Virus record (IMG/VR): IMGVR_UViG_3300020310_000010
Span: 1 to 26,152 of that record
Length of the DNA: 26,152 nt
Direction: 5' to 3' (one strand)
Source: a virus
Lineage: Duplodnaviria; Caudoviricetes
Shown here: positions 26,131 through 26,152 of the stretch, piece after piece
Position numbering within the stretch: the stretch's first letter is position 1
How the letters are laid out: each line of letters begins with the position of its first letter
The notes under the pieces: generated by a model
Told to the model about the DNA's origin: nothing
The model's input: the letters and a program-made list of their open reading frames with translations, nothing else
Database searches by the model: none
Made by a program: the position numbers and the translations under genes

Positions 26131-26152
26131 TTAGCGTCCCTGCCCTCTGTAT
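26131..26152 (-). CDS. 3' end of a small basic conserved phage protein ending ...YRGQGR* (partial)
   Basis: Minus strand reads TAC AGA GGG CAG GGA CGC TAA, followed immediately by a terminator. YRGQG(R/K)* is a C-terminal motif I recognise from small basic hypothetical proteins of marine phages. Only 7 codons are visible. Confidence 0.6.

Noticed and set aside
1-26152. Diversity-generating retroelement, invertible fibre cassette or CRISPR-like array
   Set aside because: There is no reverse transcriptase or recombinase gene, and by eye I saw no near-identical DNA repeat pairs or regularly spaced repeats. The repeats found are protein-level and diverged in DNA. A self dot-plot would be the decisive test.

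Overview
This AT-rich window is part of the late structural (baseplate/tail) module of a T4-like marine myovirus, most likely a cyanophage of the P-SSM2/S-SM2 type. That taxonomic call is inferred from gene order and protein motifs. All real genes are on the minus strand. In reading order they are: the 3' end of a small gene ending YRGQGR*, an intrinsic terminator, a T4-type late promoter (TATAAATA), gp25, gp6, a giant 4399-aa gp7, a second TATAAATA promoter, gp8, a 2484-aa DUF4815/VrlC-like virion protein, a 67-aa coiled-coil protein, a 112-aa beta-rich protein, and a tail-fibre-like gene that runs off the left edge and is missing from the supplied ORF track. I see no RNA genes, CRISPR array, intein, homing endonuclease or mobile element, and I cannot support a claim of a wholly new biological system. 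The most notable unexplained signals are: (1) a strong CpG-specific gradient, high in gp25/gp6 and nearly absent in gp8 and mid gp7, with GpC roughly unchanged; (2) two late promoters with identical 17-nt spacing to ATG and a shared TAAAAA(A)CTA leader lacking a Shine-Dalgarno; (3) an apparently nested domain-in-domain insertion in gp7; (4) a His-rich HxH module in the fibre gene that could bind metal.
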